Assembly: GCA_043819555.1 (NCBI GenBank)
Contig: JBDREQ010000073.1
Span: forward strand, 192,001-256,000
Direction: 5' to 3'
From: Candidatus Zixiibacteriota bacterium
Lineage (GTDB): Bacteria > Zixibacteria > MSB-5A5 > GN15 > JAAZOE01
Length of the DNA: 64,000 bases
Shown: one piece after another, positions 47,897 to 58,126 of the stretch
How the letters are laid out: every line of letters starts with the position of its first letter
Numbering within the stretch: position 1 is the first letter of the stretch
Notes under the pieces: generated by a model
What the model was told of the DNA's origin: nothing
Database searches by the model: none
The model's input: the letters and a program-made list of their open reading frames with translations, nothing else
Made by a program: the position numbers and the translations under genes

Positions 47897-49615
47897 ATGC
47901 GCTGGAGTAAAACATACATACCAACCCTTCGGGAAATCCCCGCCGAGGCCGAATTAATTTCTCACCAACACCTTCTCAGAGCCGGGTATATGCGCCGACT
48001 GGCGGCGGGCGTATATACTTATCTTCCACTGATGCAAAGAGTTTTGAACAATATCTCAACCATTGTGCGAGAAGAAATGGATGCCTCCGGGGCGATTGAA
48101 ATTCTTATGCCGGTTTTGCATCCGGCCGAATTATGGCAAAAATCCGGCCGCTGGAATACCATCGGCAAAGAACTTATCCGTCTTAAGGATCGCCACGCCC
48201 ATGATATGGTTCTGGGCCCGACGCATGAAGAAGTCATTACTACGCTTGTTTCCGGAGAACTCAAAAGCTATCGCCAGATGCCTCTCAATATGTATCAGAT
48301 TCAGAACAAATTCCGCGACGAGATTCGTCCCCGATTCGGACTGATGCGCGGGCGTGAATTTATCATGAAAGACGCTTATACATTTGACGTTGATTTTGAG
48401 GCGCATAAAATCGCATACCAGAAGATGATCGATGCTTATTTCAAAATTTTTAATCGATGCGGTGTTGCCGCCAAAAAGGTTGAATCGGATACGGGCGCCA
48501 TGGGCGGAACCGGGGCACATGAATTCATGGTGCTGGTTGAAACTGAAGGTGGCGAAGAAGTGATTCTATCATGTGACTCTTGTGAATACGCCGCCAATAT
48601 CGAAAAAGCCGTTTTCAGAGAAATAAATCCGCCCAGGCAGGATGGCGAAATAAAGCCTGTCAAAGAAGTCGATACGCCCAATGCCGCCACTATTGAGGAA
48701 ATCACAATTTTTCTTAAGCTGCCAGCCAGCCGCTTTGCCAAAACCTTATTATATCTGGCTGATGGAAAACTGGTCGCGGCAATGATCCGGGGCGACCGGC
48801 AAATCAATGAACTTAAGCTAAAAAACCACATAGATTGCCTTGAGCTTGAAATGGCCGGACCGGAAATGGTTGAAAAAATCACTAATGCTCCGGTTGGATT
48901 CGCGGGTCCAGTCGGCCTCTCAATTCCCGTAATTGTTGATCCTGAAATTGAAACCATGACTAATTTTGTCACCGGGGCTAATAAGAAAGATACACATCTG
49001 CTCAATGTAAATTTGAACCGGGATTTCAAAGCCGAGGCAATCATCGATATCATCAATGCCGAACCGGGGGAAGGATGTCCGCGCTGTGCAGTAGGGCGGC
49101 TTGAAAAATATCGAGGTATTGAAGTTGGAAATACATTTTCGCTCGGGACCAAATATTCCGAGAGCCTGGGCGGTAAATATCTCGATTCCGAAGGTAACGA
49201 AAAGCCTTATATCATGGGTTCTTATGGCATAGGAATTACCCGGACAGCTCAAGCGGCGATTGAGAAATATCATGATGACAAAGGAATTATCTGGCCAAAA
49301 GCAATTGCGCCATATCAAGTTATTATATGCCCTCTGAATATGACTGCTCAGGATCAAGTTGAAACCGCGGATAAAATCTATAAAGAACTCACCGATGGCG
49401 GTTTTGATGTTATTTTAGACGACAGGGCCGAGCGAGCGGGGGTTAAATTTAACGATGCCGATTTAATTGGCATACCGTTAAGGATAGCTTTGGGCAGTAA
49501 ATCCCTTGCTGAAGGCAAAGTTGAACTGAAACTTAGAAATGAAACTGATGTGGAATTTGTAAAAATAGGCGAAATAGTCCAAAAAACAGCCGAATTTTTA
49601 GACTGCGCAATTTAA
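47897..49615 (+). CDS. proS: Proline--tRNA ligase (bacterial type with editing insertion)
   Basis: LGPTHEE, KFRDEIRPRFGLMRGREF.MKDAY, GIEVG, MGSYGIG, DADLIG.P. Confidence 0.98.
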   Translation: MRWSKTYIPTLREIPAEAELISHQHLLRAGYMRRLAAGVYTYLPLMQRVLNNISTIVREEMDASGAIEILMPVLHPAELWQKSGRWNTIGKELIRLKDRHAHDMVLGPTHEEVITTLVSGELKSYRQMPLNMYQIQNKFRDEIRPRFGLMRGREFIMKDAYTFDVDFEAHKIAYQKMIDAYFKIFNRCGVAAKKVESDTGAMGGTGAHEFMVLVETEGGEEVILSCDSCEYAANIEKAVFREINPPRQDGEIKPVKEVDTPNAATIEEITIFLKLPASRFAKTLLYLADGKLVAAMIRGDRQINELKLKNHIDCLELEMAGPEMVEKITNAPVGFAGPVGLSIPVIVDPEIETMTNFVTGANKKDTHLLNVNLNRDFKAEAIIDIINAEPGEGCPRCAVGRLEKYRGIEVGNTFSLGTKYSESLGGKYLDSEGNEKPYIMGSYGIGITRTAQAAIEKYHDDKGIIWPKAIAPYQVIICPLNMTAQDQVETADKIYKELTDGGFDVILDDRAERAGVKFNDADLIGIPLRIALGSKSLAEGKVELKLRNETDVEFVKIGEIVQKTAEFLDCAI

Positions 49616-49786
49616 TATTTTTCTATTGCTTTCCCGTTCTAATTTATTATACTGTTAAGCTTTAGTGCAAGCTGGGAGTTCTCCGGAGTCAACTGGGGAA
49701 AGCCCGCTTTTGTTATGCGCAAAAAGCCGACTCAATTGCCTTGGCTTATTAGGAGGAGTGTCGGCATTTGACGGTAAGGATACGGT

Positions 49787-50236
49787 TTGATAATTGACTT
49801 AAAAACGGATATCGAGAGTTTAGCGGAACCTCTGATTGCTTCGGTTGGTTGTGAATTGGTGGAAACCAAACTTTCCCGATATAAGAGCGATTTCCGTCTG
49901 CAGATATTCGTTGATTCTGATAATGGCGTGACGCTTGACAAATGCGTTGAACTATCGAAGATTATAGGAGCCGCTTTGGATGTCGAGGATATTTTGGATT
50001 CCGAGTATATTCTCGAAGTTTCTTCTCCGGGATTGGATCGGCCTCTTCGCACACAACGAGATTTTGCAAGAAAAATAGGCAGAGAAATAAAAGTAGAATA
50101 TACTGAGGGCGGCAAGAAGAAAAGAATTCGTGGCTCGCTATCCGATGTGAACGATGTGGCAATAATAATTAACGGTGAAGAAGGCGAATTTGAAATCGCC
50201 CTGTCTGACATTCAGCAGGGTAAAGCAGTAATTTAG
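49787..50236 (+). CDS. rimP: Ribosome maturation factor RimP
   Basis: L.IFVD..GVT.D.C..S, YILEVSSPGLDRPL; upstream of nusA. Confidence 0.95.
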   Translation: MIIDLKTDIESLAEPLIASVGCELVETKLSRYKSDFRLQIFVDSDNGVTLDKCVELSKIIGAALDVEDILDSEYILEVSSPGLDRPLRTQRDFARKIGREIKVEYTEGGKKKRIRGSLSDVNDVAIIINGEEGEFEIALSDIQQGKAVI

Positions 50237-50249
50237 TGGAGTTAATCTA

Positions 50250-51662
50250 ATGGGATTTGATACACTGGAAGCAATGACCCTTATCGCGCGCGATAAAAAC
50301 ATTGAAATGGATTTAGTTATTGAGACGGTCGAAGCCGGATTACTTGCGGCGGCGCGAAAGAAATACGGATTTATTGATAATCTCTCCTTTAATTTCGATC
50401 ATAAGGAGGGAGAGTTGACTATGATTTCTTTGCGGATAGTCGTGGAGAAAGTAAAAGACCCCTTTACCGAAATTTCTCTCGAGGAAGCTCTCGAATTGGA
50501 TCCGGAAGCTGAATTGGATGATTTCATGGAAATCTATATTGATCCCGTTGAGGAATTTGGAAGAAACGCCATTGCATCAGCCAAACAAATCCTGATTCAA
50601 AGAATTCGTGAAGCCGAACGCGATCGTATTTATGATGAATATATCAATCGGGTAGGACAACTTGTCTCAGGCACAGTGCAGCAAATAGATAAAGGAAATG
50701 TTATTGTTAATCTTGGGCGGGCTGAATCTATCCTTCCGGTTCGTGAACAAATATCCAGAGAAAAATACCGCCAGGGCGACCGCATCCGGGCAATAATACT
50801 TGATGTGCAAAAATCGATGAAAGGACCTCAAATAATTTTATCGCGCGTTAGCACCGATTTCATTTTACGCTTGTTTGAATTGGAAGTCCCGGAAATATTT
50901 GAAAAGATTATCGAAATTCGCGCCATCGCACGCGAACCGGGCGATCGCACTAAACTGGCCGTTTATTCGGGCGATGAACGGATTGATCCCGTTGGCGCCT
51001 GCGTCGGCATCAAGGGTGTTAGAGTGCAATCCATCGTTCGTGAACTAAATAATGAACGAATTGATATCGTTGCCCACAGTTCCAATCCGGAAGTTTTTGT
51101 CGCACGGGCATTGGCGCCGGCCAAAGTAATTACAATTGATGTCTTCGATGAAGAAGTAGGTATGACCGTAGCTGTCGAAGATGATAAATTATCTCTTGCT
51201 ATTGGGAAAAATGGCCAGAACGCTCGCCTGGCATCTCGCCTGACTGGTTGGAAAATCAATATCATGTCAGAATCCGATTATAACAGGATGAAGCATGATG
51301 AAGCGGAATTGATGGTTCCGATCGGTCGACTAAGCGGCATCGGAGATGTCCTTGAAGAACGGTTGGTAGATGCGGATATAAATACGGTTAAAGATCTGGC
51401 TGAAAGTAAACTTGAAGATATAGTAAAAATTGAAGGTATTGGAGATAAAACGGCGGAAACACTAATTGAGCGTGCAATTGAGTTTATGGCCGAGCATAAA
51501 AAATCATTAAAAGAACAAAAGGCCGAAGCTGAAGCGCTGGAAAAATCCGATTCGAATTCATCTTCTGAAGCTACCGAACTTGAGTTTATGGATGATGATG
51601 ATGAGGACGAATTAGTCGACGAAGATAAAAATGAAAATGATGCATCGGATAAGGATGAGTAA
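50250..51662 (+). CDS. nusA: Transcription termination/antitermination factor NusA
   Basis: FGR.A...AKQ, S1 and KH domains, DPVGACVG, LAIGKNGQNARLA, acidic tail. Confidence 0.97.
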   Translation: MGFDTLEAMTLIARDKNIEMDLVIETVEAGLLAAARKKYGFIDNLSFNFDHKEGELTMISLRIVVEKVKDPFTEISLEEALELDPEAELDDFMEIYIDPVEEFGRNAIASAKQILIQRIREAERDRIYDEYINRVGQLVSGTVQQIDKGNVIVNLGRAESILPVREQISREKYRQGDRIRAIILDVQKSMKGPQIILSRVSTDFILRLFELEVPEIFEKIIEIRAIAREPGDRTKLAVYSGDERIDPVGACVGIKGVRVQSIVRELNNERIDIVAHSSNPEVFVARALAPAKVITIDVFDEEVGMTVAVEDDKLSLAIGKNGQNARLASRLTGWKINIMSESDYNRMKHDEAELMVPIGRLSGIGDVLEERLVDADINTVKDLAESKLEDIVKIEGIGDKTAETLIERAIEFMAEHKKSLKEQKAEAEALEKSDSNSSSEATELEFMDDDDEDELVDEDKNENDASDKDE

Positions 51663-51722
51663 GAGATTATTCAGGGAAGAAGATAAAACCATCTGCGGGC
51701 GGTTTTAAACCGGAGGATTACC

Positions 51723-54332
51723 TTGGCAGACAATAAGTCCAGAAAACGAATTTACGATATCGCTAAGGAATATAAAATTTCAAGTGATGCTTTGCTGAAA
51801 GTATTGCGCGGCCTGGGATTTATCATAAAATCTCACATGTCGATCGCGTCAAGCGATATGCTCGACGCCATTGATGTTAAATTCAAACGCGAGATAGCAG
51901 AGGTTAAAAAAGATGATGAAGCCCGCAGGCTAAAGCTGCAAGAATTGAAGTCTATAAAACGCCGAGAAGAAGCCAAGAAACTTGCACTGCGAAAACAGGC
52001 GGCAGCCAAAGCTAAAAAGAAAAAAGTGATAGCAGAGAAAAGGGCCAAAGAGCTGGCCGCCAAGGAAATTGAAAAAGCTCAGAAGATTGCGAAAACTGAA
52101 CTGCAGAAAGTAGTTGAAACGACAACGGCGAAAGAAAACATAGATAAAATTGCAATAGTTAGGACTAAAGCTGAAAAAACCGAAAAAGAGGCTGCGAAAA
52201 TAGCCGTTCCCGAACCAAAATCAAGAAAATTAGGCAAAATGGTTCGAGAGGAAGCAAGACCTGGACATGCCATGGCCGCCGCGCCAGCTAAAACCGATAA
52301 GCCTAAAACAAAAAAGGAAAGAACTGATAAACCAGTATCTCGTCATTCAATTACTTCAACTCCCGGTACCGCAAAGAAACTGCAAAAAATGCTTGATCAA
52401 CAAACAGGAGCAGGACGACCCCCCAAGAGGCGGCGTAAACGAGACAAATCAAAGAAAAGAAATGAACATCAAGTCGATACTGCTGCCGTTAAATTGTCAT
52501 TTAAGCAGACAATTGCGACTATGGATTCTGGGAAAAAGATTAAGAAGCATAAAAAACGAAGTCAGATTATGGAAGCTGGCGAGGGATTTGACGCCATTGA
52601 AGTATCGGAATTTATGACTCTCTCGGAATTGGCCAAGGCTTTTGATAAAAAACCGGCCGAACTTGTTGCCAAATGTATGGAAATGGGCATGCTTGCTTCG
52701 ATAAATCAACGTCTTGATATGGACACCATCGAAACGCTGGCTCTTGAATTAGGAATTAATATCGTTCAGAGTGAAGAAGTCGCCACCGTTACTATTGAAG
52801 AGGAAGAGGAAACTCAACTGGAACCGCGCGCCCCCGTTGTCACGATAATGGGCCACGTCGATCACGGCAAAACCACACTTTTGGATCATATAAGAAAATC
52901 TGATATAGTTTCGGGTGAAGCAGGCAAAATCACTCAACATATCGGCGCTTATAGCGTTCAAACTCCTCGAGGCAGGATTACTTTTCTCGACACACCCGGC
53001 CATGAAGCATTCTCGGCCATGCGCGCTCGCGGCGCTCAGGTTACTGATGTTGTGATTTTGGTAGTTTCCGCTACTGAAGCAGTCATGCCGCAAACAGTTG
53101 AAGCAATTGATCATGCCAAAGCTGCTAAAGTGCCAATCATGGTCGCTATAAATAAAATGGATCTGCCAAATGCTAATCCTGATTCTGTTCGCCAGCAATT
53201 AGGGAATCATAATCTTCTTGATGAATCCTGGGGCGGGAAAACAATAATGGTAGAGGTGTCGGCAAAAAGCGGAGAAGGAATAGATAAACTTTTGGAAATG
53301 GTTCTATTGCAAGCAGAAATGATGGAATTGCGTGCCGACCCAAATATTAAGGCACAAGGGACAGTGATTGAGGCCCAATTAGAGAAGGGGAGAGGTACTG
53401 TAGCAACTGTCCTTATTCGAAAGGGTTCCTTGGAAATCGGGAAACCTTTTGTGGCCGGTAACAATTTTGGCCGAATAAGAGCCATGGTTGATGATCGGGG
53501 ACGCGATCTTAAAAAAGCGGGACCTTCAACGCCGGTTATGATTACCGGAATATCAGGCGTACCTCAGGCGGGCGATTCTTTTATTGTGACGTCTTCAGAA
53601 TCAGAAGCACGCGATGTTGCTCAAAAAAGGCAGCAAATAAAACGTGAGTATGATTTACGCCGTGTCGGTACGCCGACAACACTTGAATCTATTTATGAAA
53701 AAATCAAGGATGGTCAGATCACCGATTTGAAGATTGTTATCAAAGGCGATGTTGCCGGCTCTGTCGAAGCTTTAACGGAAACTCTAAGTGGAATTGGCAA
53801 TGAAGAAGTCAGGGTCAATATTATCCGCAGCGGTGTCGGCGCCATAACCGAATCGGATGTTTTGCTTGCTGCCGCATCTGACGCCATTGTCGTCGGTTTT
53901 CATGTGACAGCCGATCCTCGTGCCCGTGAGACGGCCAATCGGGAGAAAATTGATATCCGAACCTATTCCATCATTTATGAAGTAAAAGAGAATATTACTA
54001 AAGCGATTGAGGGACTCCTCAAGCCGGAAATGGTGGAAAAATGGAAAGGTACCGCCGAAGTGCGACAGCCTTTCAAGATTCCCAAAATTGGACTTATTTG
54101 CGGTTCCTATATTCAACAGGGCAAGATGGCCCGTGGAGATAAAATACGAATTAGTCGTGACGGAGTTTTTATTCATGAAGGAACCATCGCTTCTCTCAAG
54201 AGGTTTAAAGAAGACGTAAAAGAAGTTGCGGCGGGTTTGGAATGCGGAATTGGAATAGAGAAATTTGAGGATATCCAGGTGGGCGATCATATCGAAACTT
54301 TTGAAATGGTCGAAACATCTCGGACACTATAA
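51723..54332 (+). CDS. infB: Translation initiation factor IF-2
   Basis: TTG start with SD GGAGG; GHVDHGKTT, DTPGHEAF, NKMD, SLKRFKEDV. Confidence 0.98.
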   Translation: MADNKSRKRIYDIAKEYKISSDALLKVLRGLGFIIKSHMSIASSDMLDAIDVKFKREIAEVKKDDEARRLKLQELKSIKRREEAKKLALRKQAAAKAKKKKVIAEKRAKELAAKEIEKAQKIAKTELQKVVETTTAKENIDKIAIVRTKAEKTEKEAAKIAVPEPKSRKLGKMVREEARPGHAMAAAPAKTDKPKTKKERTDKPVSRHSITSTPGTAKKLQKMLDQQTGAGRPPKRRRKRDKSKKRNEHQVDTAAVKLSFKQTIATMDSGKKIKKHKKRSQIMEAGEGFDAIEVSEFMTLSELAKAFDKKPAELVAKCMEMGMLASINQRLDMDTIETLALELGINIVQSEEVATVTIEEEEETQLEPRAPVVTIMGHVDHGKTTLLDHIRKSDIVSGEAGKITQHIGAYSVQTPRGRITFLDTPGHEAFSAMRARGAQVTDVVILVVSATEAVMPQTVEAIDHAKAAKVPIMVAINKMDLPNANPDSVRQQLGNHNLLDESWGGKTIMVEVSAKSGEGIDKLLEMVLLQAEMMELRADPNIKAQGTVIEAQLEKGRGTVATVLIRKGSLEIGKPFVAGNNFGRIRAMVDDRGRDLKKAGPSTPVMITGISGVPQAGDSFIVTSSESEARDVAQKRQQIKREYDLRRVGTPTTLESIYEKIKDGQITDLKIVIKGDVAGSVEALTETLSGIGNEEVRVNIIRSGVGAITESDVLLAAASDAIVVGFHVTADPRARETANREKIDIRTYSIIYEVKENITKAIEGLLKPEMVEKWKGTAEVRQPFKIPKIGLICGSYIQQGKMARGDKIRISRDGVFIHEGTIASLKRFKEDVKEVAAGLECGIGIEKFEDIQVGDHIETFEMVETSRTL

Positions 54333-54333
54333 C

Positions 54334-54615
54334 GTGATTATTGGCTGCTTGAAAGTTATGTTAAATATTCCCGCCGCACATTCACTCAAGGATAAGCGGC
54401 GGGTAGTAAAATCCCTGATTACGAGGATACATAATCGGCATAATGTCTCCGCAGCCGAAGTAGGAGAAAATGAAAGGCATCAATCCTGCCTTTTGGGAGC
54501 GGCCGTAGTATCTAACGACAGCGGTCATGCCAGCCAACGTCTCTCGGCCATTATTAATATGATTGAGCGGGAGAGCGAATCGTATATTGTTGATTATGAA
54601 ATCGAGTTGCTGTAA
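54334..54615 (+). CDS. DUF503 (YlxP) family protein
   Basis: HSLKDKRRVVKS, NVSAAEV motif; conserved position between infB and rbfA; GTG start 54334. Confidence 0.88.
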   Translation: MIIGCLKVMLNIPAAHSLKDKRRVVKSLITRIHNRHNVSAAEVGENERHQSCLLGAAVVSNDSGHASQRLSAIINMIERESESYIVDYEIELL

Positions 54616-55979
54616 TGAAATCGTTTAAGCGTTCCGATCGTATCGCTGATCAAATCCAGCGTGATGTCTCGGATATCGTCAGCGCTATGCTGCGCGATAA
54701 GATTGACGTGATGGTGACTATCAGCTCCGTCGATGTTTCTGACGATTTGCGTTATGCCAAAATTTACTATACCGCTCTTGGCGGAGAGAAGAAGTTGGAT
54801 GAACTAAAAGACGCTTTTGATCGGTCAACAGGGTATATCCAGAGAGAATTGGCGCAACGTTTAAGAATCCGCCGCATGCCGGAAATAACTTTCAGGTATG
54901 ATACTTCACTGGTCGAAGGAATTCGATTGACAACAAAAATTGACCGGGTAGTAGAAGAAGATATGAAAATTGGCGGCAAACAGGAAATTCATGATCCGGA
55001 AACAATTCAGAAAATAATTGAAGCTCTGGATAATTCAGGCAGCGTTTTGATCGTTGGACATATAAACCCTGACGGCGATTCAATCGGATCACAACTTGGT
55101 CTGGCCGGATATCTAAATCAAAGAAGGATTAAATACCGGATCATTAATGAAGGTGCTATCCCATTCAACTATGACTTTTTGCCCGGAGTAGAACAACTTG
55201 AGAATATCAATGATGTCGACGGTGAGGATGAATCGTTTGACACGGTTGTATTTATTGAATGTTCTGCCATTGCCCGATGCGGTAAGACAGCATCTCTAAT
55301 AGACCCTGAAAATCAAAATATTATAAATATCGATCATCATCGCGATAATGGATCGTTTGGCAAGATCAATTTTATCGACTTTGAGGCCGCCGCCGCCGGT
55401 GAGATGATTTATGATATTTTGCTTTATGCATCTGCGGAAATCACCGGTGATATAGCGACCAATCTCTATACCGCAATTGTAACCGATACCGGTCAATTCC
55501 AATATAGCTGTACTACCTCCCGGAGTTTGAGAATTGCCGCAGCTCTAATAGACAAGGGCATAGATCACATCGAAATTGTGAATAAACTGTATCATAATTA
55601 CACTCTGGAAGCTATGCGGTTGTTGGCTACGTCAATAATGAATCAAGAGTTCTACCTGGATGGCAAAGTATGTTTTATGACTATTACTAATGAGATACTC
55701 AAACAGACCGGTTCATCCAAAAAAGACACGGAGGGATTAATAAATTATTCCATCAATCTTGCCGGAGTAGTCGCTGGAGCACTGTTTAGTGAAATTTCGC
55801 CTTCCGTTACCAAGGTATCATTTCGTTCGGATAATGGCGTCGACATAATAAAAGTTGCCGCAAGACACGGAGGTGGAGGCCATCGAATCGCCTGCGGGTG
55901 CACCATTGAGGCTCCTCTGAACGAAGCCAAAATAATAATTCTATCCGATATTGAGGAATTGCTGAATGGAACGATTTGA
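54615..55979 (+). CDS. rbfA: RbfA fused to DHH/DHHA1 phosphoesterase (NrnA-like)
   Basis: First ~115 aa RbfA (R..RIA..I, DLRYAKIY, L.IRRMPE..F.YD.S); remainder H.NPDGD..GS, IDHH, TDTG.F, SFRS, GGGGH..ACG. Confidence 0.88.
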   Translation: MKSFKRSDRIADQIQRDVSDIVSAMLRDKIDVMVTISSVDVSDDLRYAKIYYTALGGEKKLDELKDAFDRSTGYIQRELAQRLRIRRMPEITFRYDTSLVEGIRLTTKIDRVVEEDMKIGGKQEIHDPETIQKIIEALDNSGSVLIVGHINPDGDSIGSQLGLAGYLNQRRIKYRIINEGAIPFNYDFLPGVEQLENINDVDGEDESFDTVVFIECSAIARCGKTASLIDPENQNIINIDHHRDNGSFGKINFIDFEAAAAGEMIYDILLYASAEITGDIATNLYTAIVTDTGQFQYSCTTSRSLRIAAALIDKGIDHIEIVNKLYHNYTLEAMRLLATSIMNQEFYLDGKVCFMTITNEILKQTGSSKKDTEGLINYSINLAGVVAGALFSEISPSVTKVSFRSDNGVDIIKVAARHGGGGHRIACGCTIEAPLNEAKIIILSDIEELLNGTI

Positions 55980-56898
55980 CGGCTTGTTGCCTGTATATAA
56001 AATCTCAGGGCCGACAAGTCATGATGTTATCTATAGTCTTCGGCGCATTCTAAATCGTCAGAAGATAGGTCACACCGGTACACTTGATCCATTAGCATCG
56101 GGATTATTGCCGATTACTTTGGGAAGAGCTACAAAACTAACGCAATTCTTTACCGATTGGGATAAATCTTATCAGGCCAAAATAACCTTGGGGATAAAAT
56201 CCGATACACTCGATTCTGATGGTCATGTCACCGATAGACGAAATGTGCCGGATTTGGAAGAAGAATATCTCAAGAATATCTTAAACGGTTTTGTCGGAAA
56301 AATCGTACAAAAAATCCCTTCGTTTTCGGCGGTTAAAGTTAATGGCAAAGAACTATACAAATATGCTCGCCAGGGTATCAAAGTAGATTCACCGAATCGG
56401 GAAGTTGAAATATATTCTATAAAAATATTATCATATGTTCGACCCATCTTAAATATTCAAATTGATTGCGGCAAGGGTACTTACATCCGCGTTTTGGCCA
56501 ATGACATTGGTGACAAAATTGGTTGTGGCGCTTGTTTATCGGGGTTAAAAAGATTGCGTGCCGGTTCATTAAGAATTGAAACCGCCCTGACTCTGAAATC
56601 AGTAACTGAGCTTTTTGAAAAAGGGGAACTTGCCGATCATATCATTCCGATGAACGATGTTATTGATTTTCCGATTTTGAGCGTCTCATCCCAGGCTGAA
56701 AATACAATTAGACATGGTGGCATTCCAGATAAAAAAGAAATACTGAATTGGAATCGCGAGTTTTTACCCGGAAATTTAATCGCAATAGCCGGCCAAAGCG
56801 GCGATATTCTTGCAATCGGTAAATCAAAATGTAGTGCTGCATCACTTAATAATGGGTTTAATGACGATTATTTTTCTTATGTTAGGGTTTTGATTTGA
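55966..56898 (+). CDS. truB: tRNA pseudouridine(55) synthase
   Basis: TSHDV, GHTGTLDP.A.G.L, P.FSAVKV.G..LY..AR, GTYIR. Confidence 0.96.
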   Translation: MERFDGLLPVYKISGPTSHDVIYSLRRILNRQKIGHTGTLDPLASGLLPITLGRATKLTQFFTDWDKSYQAKITLGIKSDTLDSDGHVTDRRNVPDLEEEYLKNILNGFVGKIVQKIPSFSAVKVNGKELYKYARQGIKVDSPNREVEIYSIKILSYVRPILNIQIDCGKGTYIRVLANDIGDKIGCGACLSGLKRLRAGSLRIETALTLKSVTELFEKGELADHIIPMNDVIDFPILSVSSQAENTIRHGGIPDKKEILNWNREFLPGNLIAIAGQSGDILAIGKSKCSAASLNNGFNDDYFSYVRVLI

Positions 56899-57827
56899 GT
56901 TTTGAAGTGTATACATCGGCCGATGATTATGCCATGAAAAAGGCAGGCCCCTGCGTCGCTACCTTGGGAACTTTTGATGGATTTCACAAAGGGCATGCGT
57001 CTATATTCAGTCGTATGGTTAAAGTTAGTCAGGATATGAATCTTCCGGCAGTTCTTATTACATTTCATCCCCATCCGCGAGTTTTAATTACTCCGGATGA
57101 TCCGCCCCAGCTTTTATCTGTCCCTGATGAGAAAATTGAAATATTAAAAAACCGTTTTGATGGATCTCTGGTCTTTTTGACTTTTAACGATCGATTGAGG
57201 CGCATGTCGGCGGAAGAATTTGCAAAAAACGTTTTAATCAATAGATTCGGCGTAAAATCACTTGTTGTAGGCTATAACCATAGTTTCGGCCGAGATCGCT
57301 CCGGGAATATTGACAATCTTAAAGAAATAGGCCAGAGAGAGAATTTCGATATTCATGTTGTCGGGCCGGTAACTTATAAGGAGTTGCCAATATCCTCAAG
57401 CCGTATCAGGCGAGCAATGAAAAATGGCGAGTGGCCTGACGCAATGGCTATGCTGGGACACCAGTACCCCATTTATGGCACCGTAGTTAAGGGGCTGGGA
57501 AAAGGGAAACAATTGGGTTGGCCAACAATGAATATTGATTGGTCCGAAAGAAAGTTGCTCCCTCCCCAAGGGGTCTATTCATGTCTGGCAACAATGGATG
57601 ATATGACCTATAAAGGGATGATGTTTGTCGGAATTAATATGCTGAATCCCATGAAGAATATTTCGGTCGAGGCTCATCTGTTTGATTTCGATGAGGACGT
57701 TTATGGGAAACAGGTTACTTTATACCCTTCGCATTATCTGAGAACCAATAAGCGTTTTGAATCAACCGAAGCGTTATCGCATCAGATTGCAGATGATAAA
57801 GAAAAAATTGTAAGATTGTTATATTAA
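56895..57827 (+). CDS. ribF: Bifunctional riboflavin kinase/FAD synthetase
   Basis: [32 protein letters not shown]. Confidence 0.95.
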   Translation: MSFEVYTSADDYAMKKAGPCVATLGTFDGFHKGHASIFSRMVKVSQDMNLPAVLITFHPHPRVLITPDDPPQLLSVPDEKIEILKNRFDGSLVFLTFNDRLRRMSAEEFAKNVLINRFGVKSLVVGYNHSFGRDRSGNIDNLKEIGQRENFDIHVVGPVTYKELPISSSRIRRAMKNGEWPDAMAMLGHQYPIYGTVVKGLGKGKQLGWPTMNIDWSERKLLPPQGVYSCLATMDDMTYKGMMFVGINMLNPMKNISVEAHLFDFDEDVYGKQVTLYPSHYLRTNKRFESTEALSHQIADDKEKIVRLLY

Positions 57828-57841
57828 AGAGGAGAGTAGTT

Positions 57842-58111
57842 GTGCCAACAAGCAATGAAAAAAAGAAAAAAATTATTAGTCAACACAAACTGCACGATAA
57901 AGACACCGGTTCACCGGAAGTGCAGATTGCCTTAATGACGGAACGAATTAATCATTTGACCGGACATCTGAAAGAGCATAAAAAGGATTTTCATTCACAG
58001 CGCGGTTTGTTAAAAATGGTTGGGAAGCGCCGCCGCCTTCTCGATTATCTTAAAAAGACAGATATTGAGAGCTACCGAGCATTAATTGCGGAACTTGGCC
58101 TAAGACGTTAA
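57842..58111 (+). CDS. rpsO: 30S ribosomal protein S15
   Basis: [33 protein letters not shown]. Confidence 0.98.
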   Translation: MPTSNEKKKKIISQHKLHDKDTGSPEVQIALMTERINHLTGHLKEHKKDFHSQRGLLKMVGKRRRLLDYLKKTDIESYRALIAELGLRR

Positions 58112-58126
58112 AGGAGAAATTTATTA

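Noticed and set aside
48436..49152. 238-aa minus-strand ORF
   Set aside because: Antisense to proS; Ser/Ile-rich composition typical of shadow frames.
51900..52560. Lys/Ala/Glu-rich low-complexity stretch
   Set aside because: Ordinary variable N-terminal region of IF-2.
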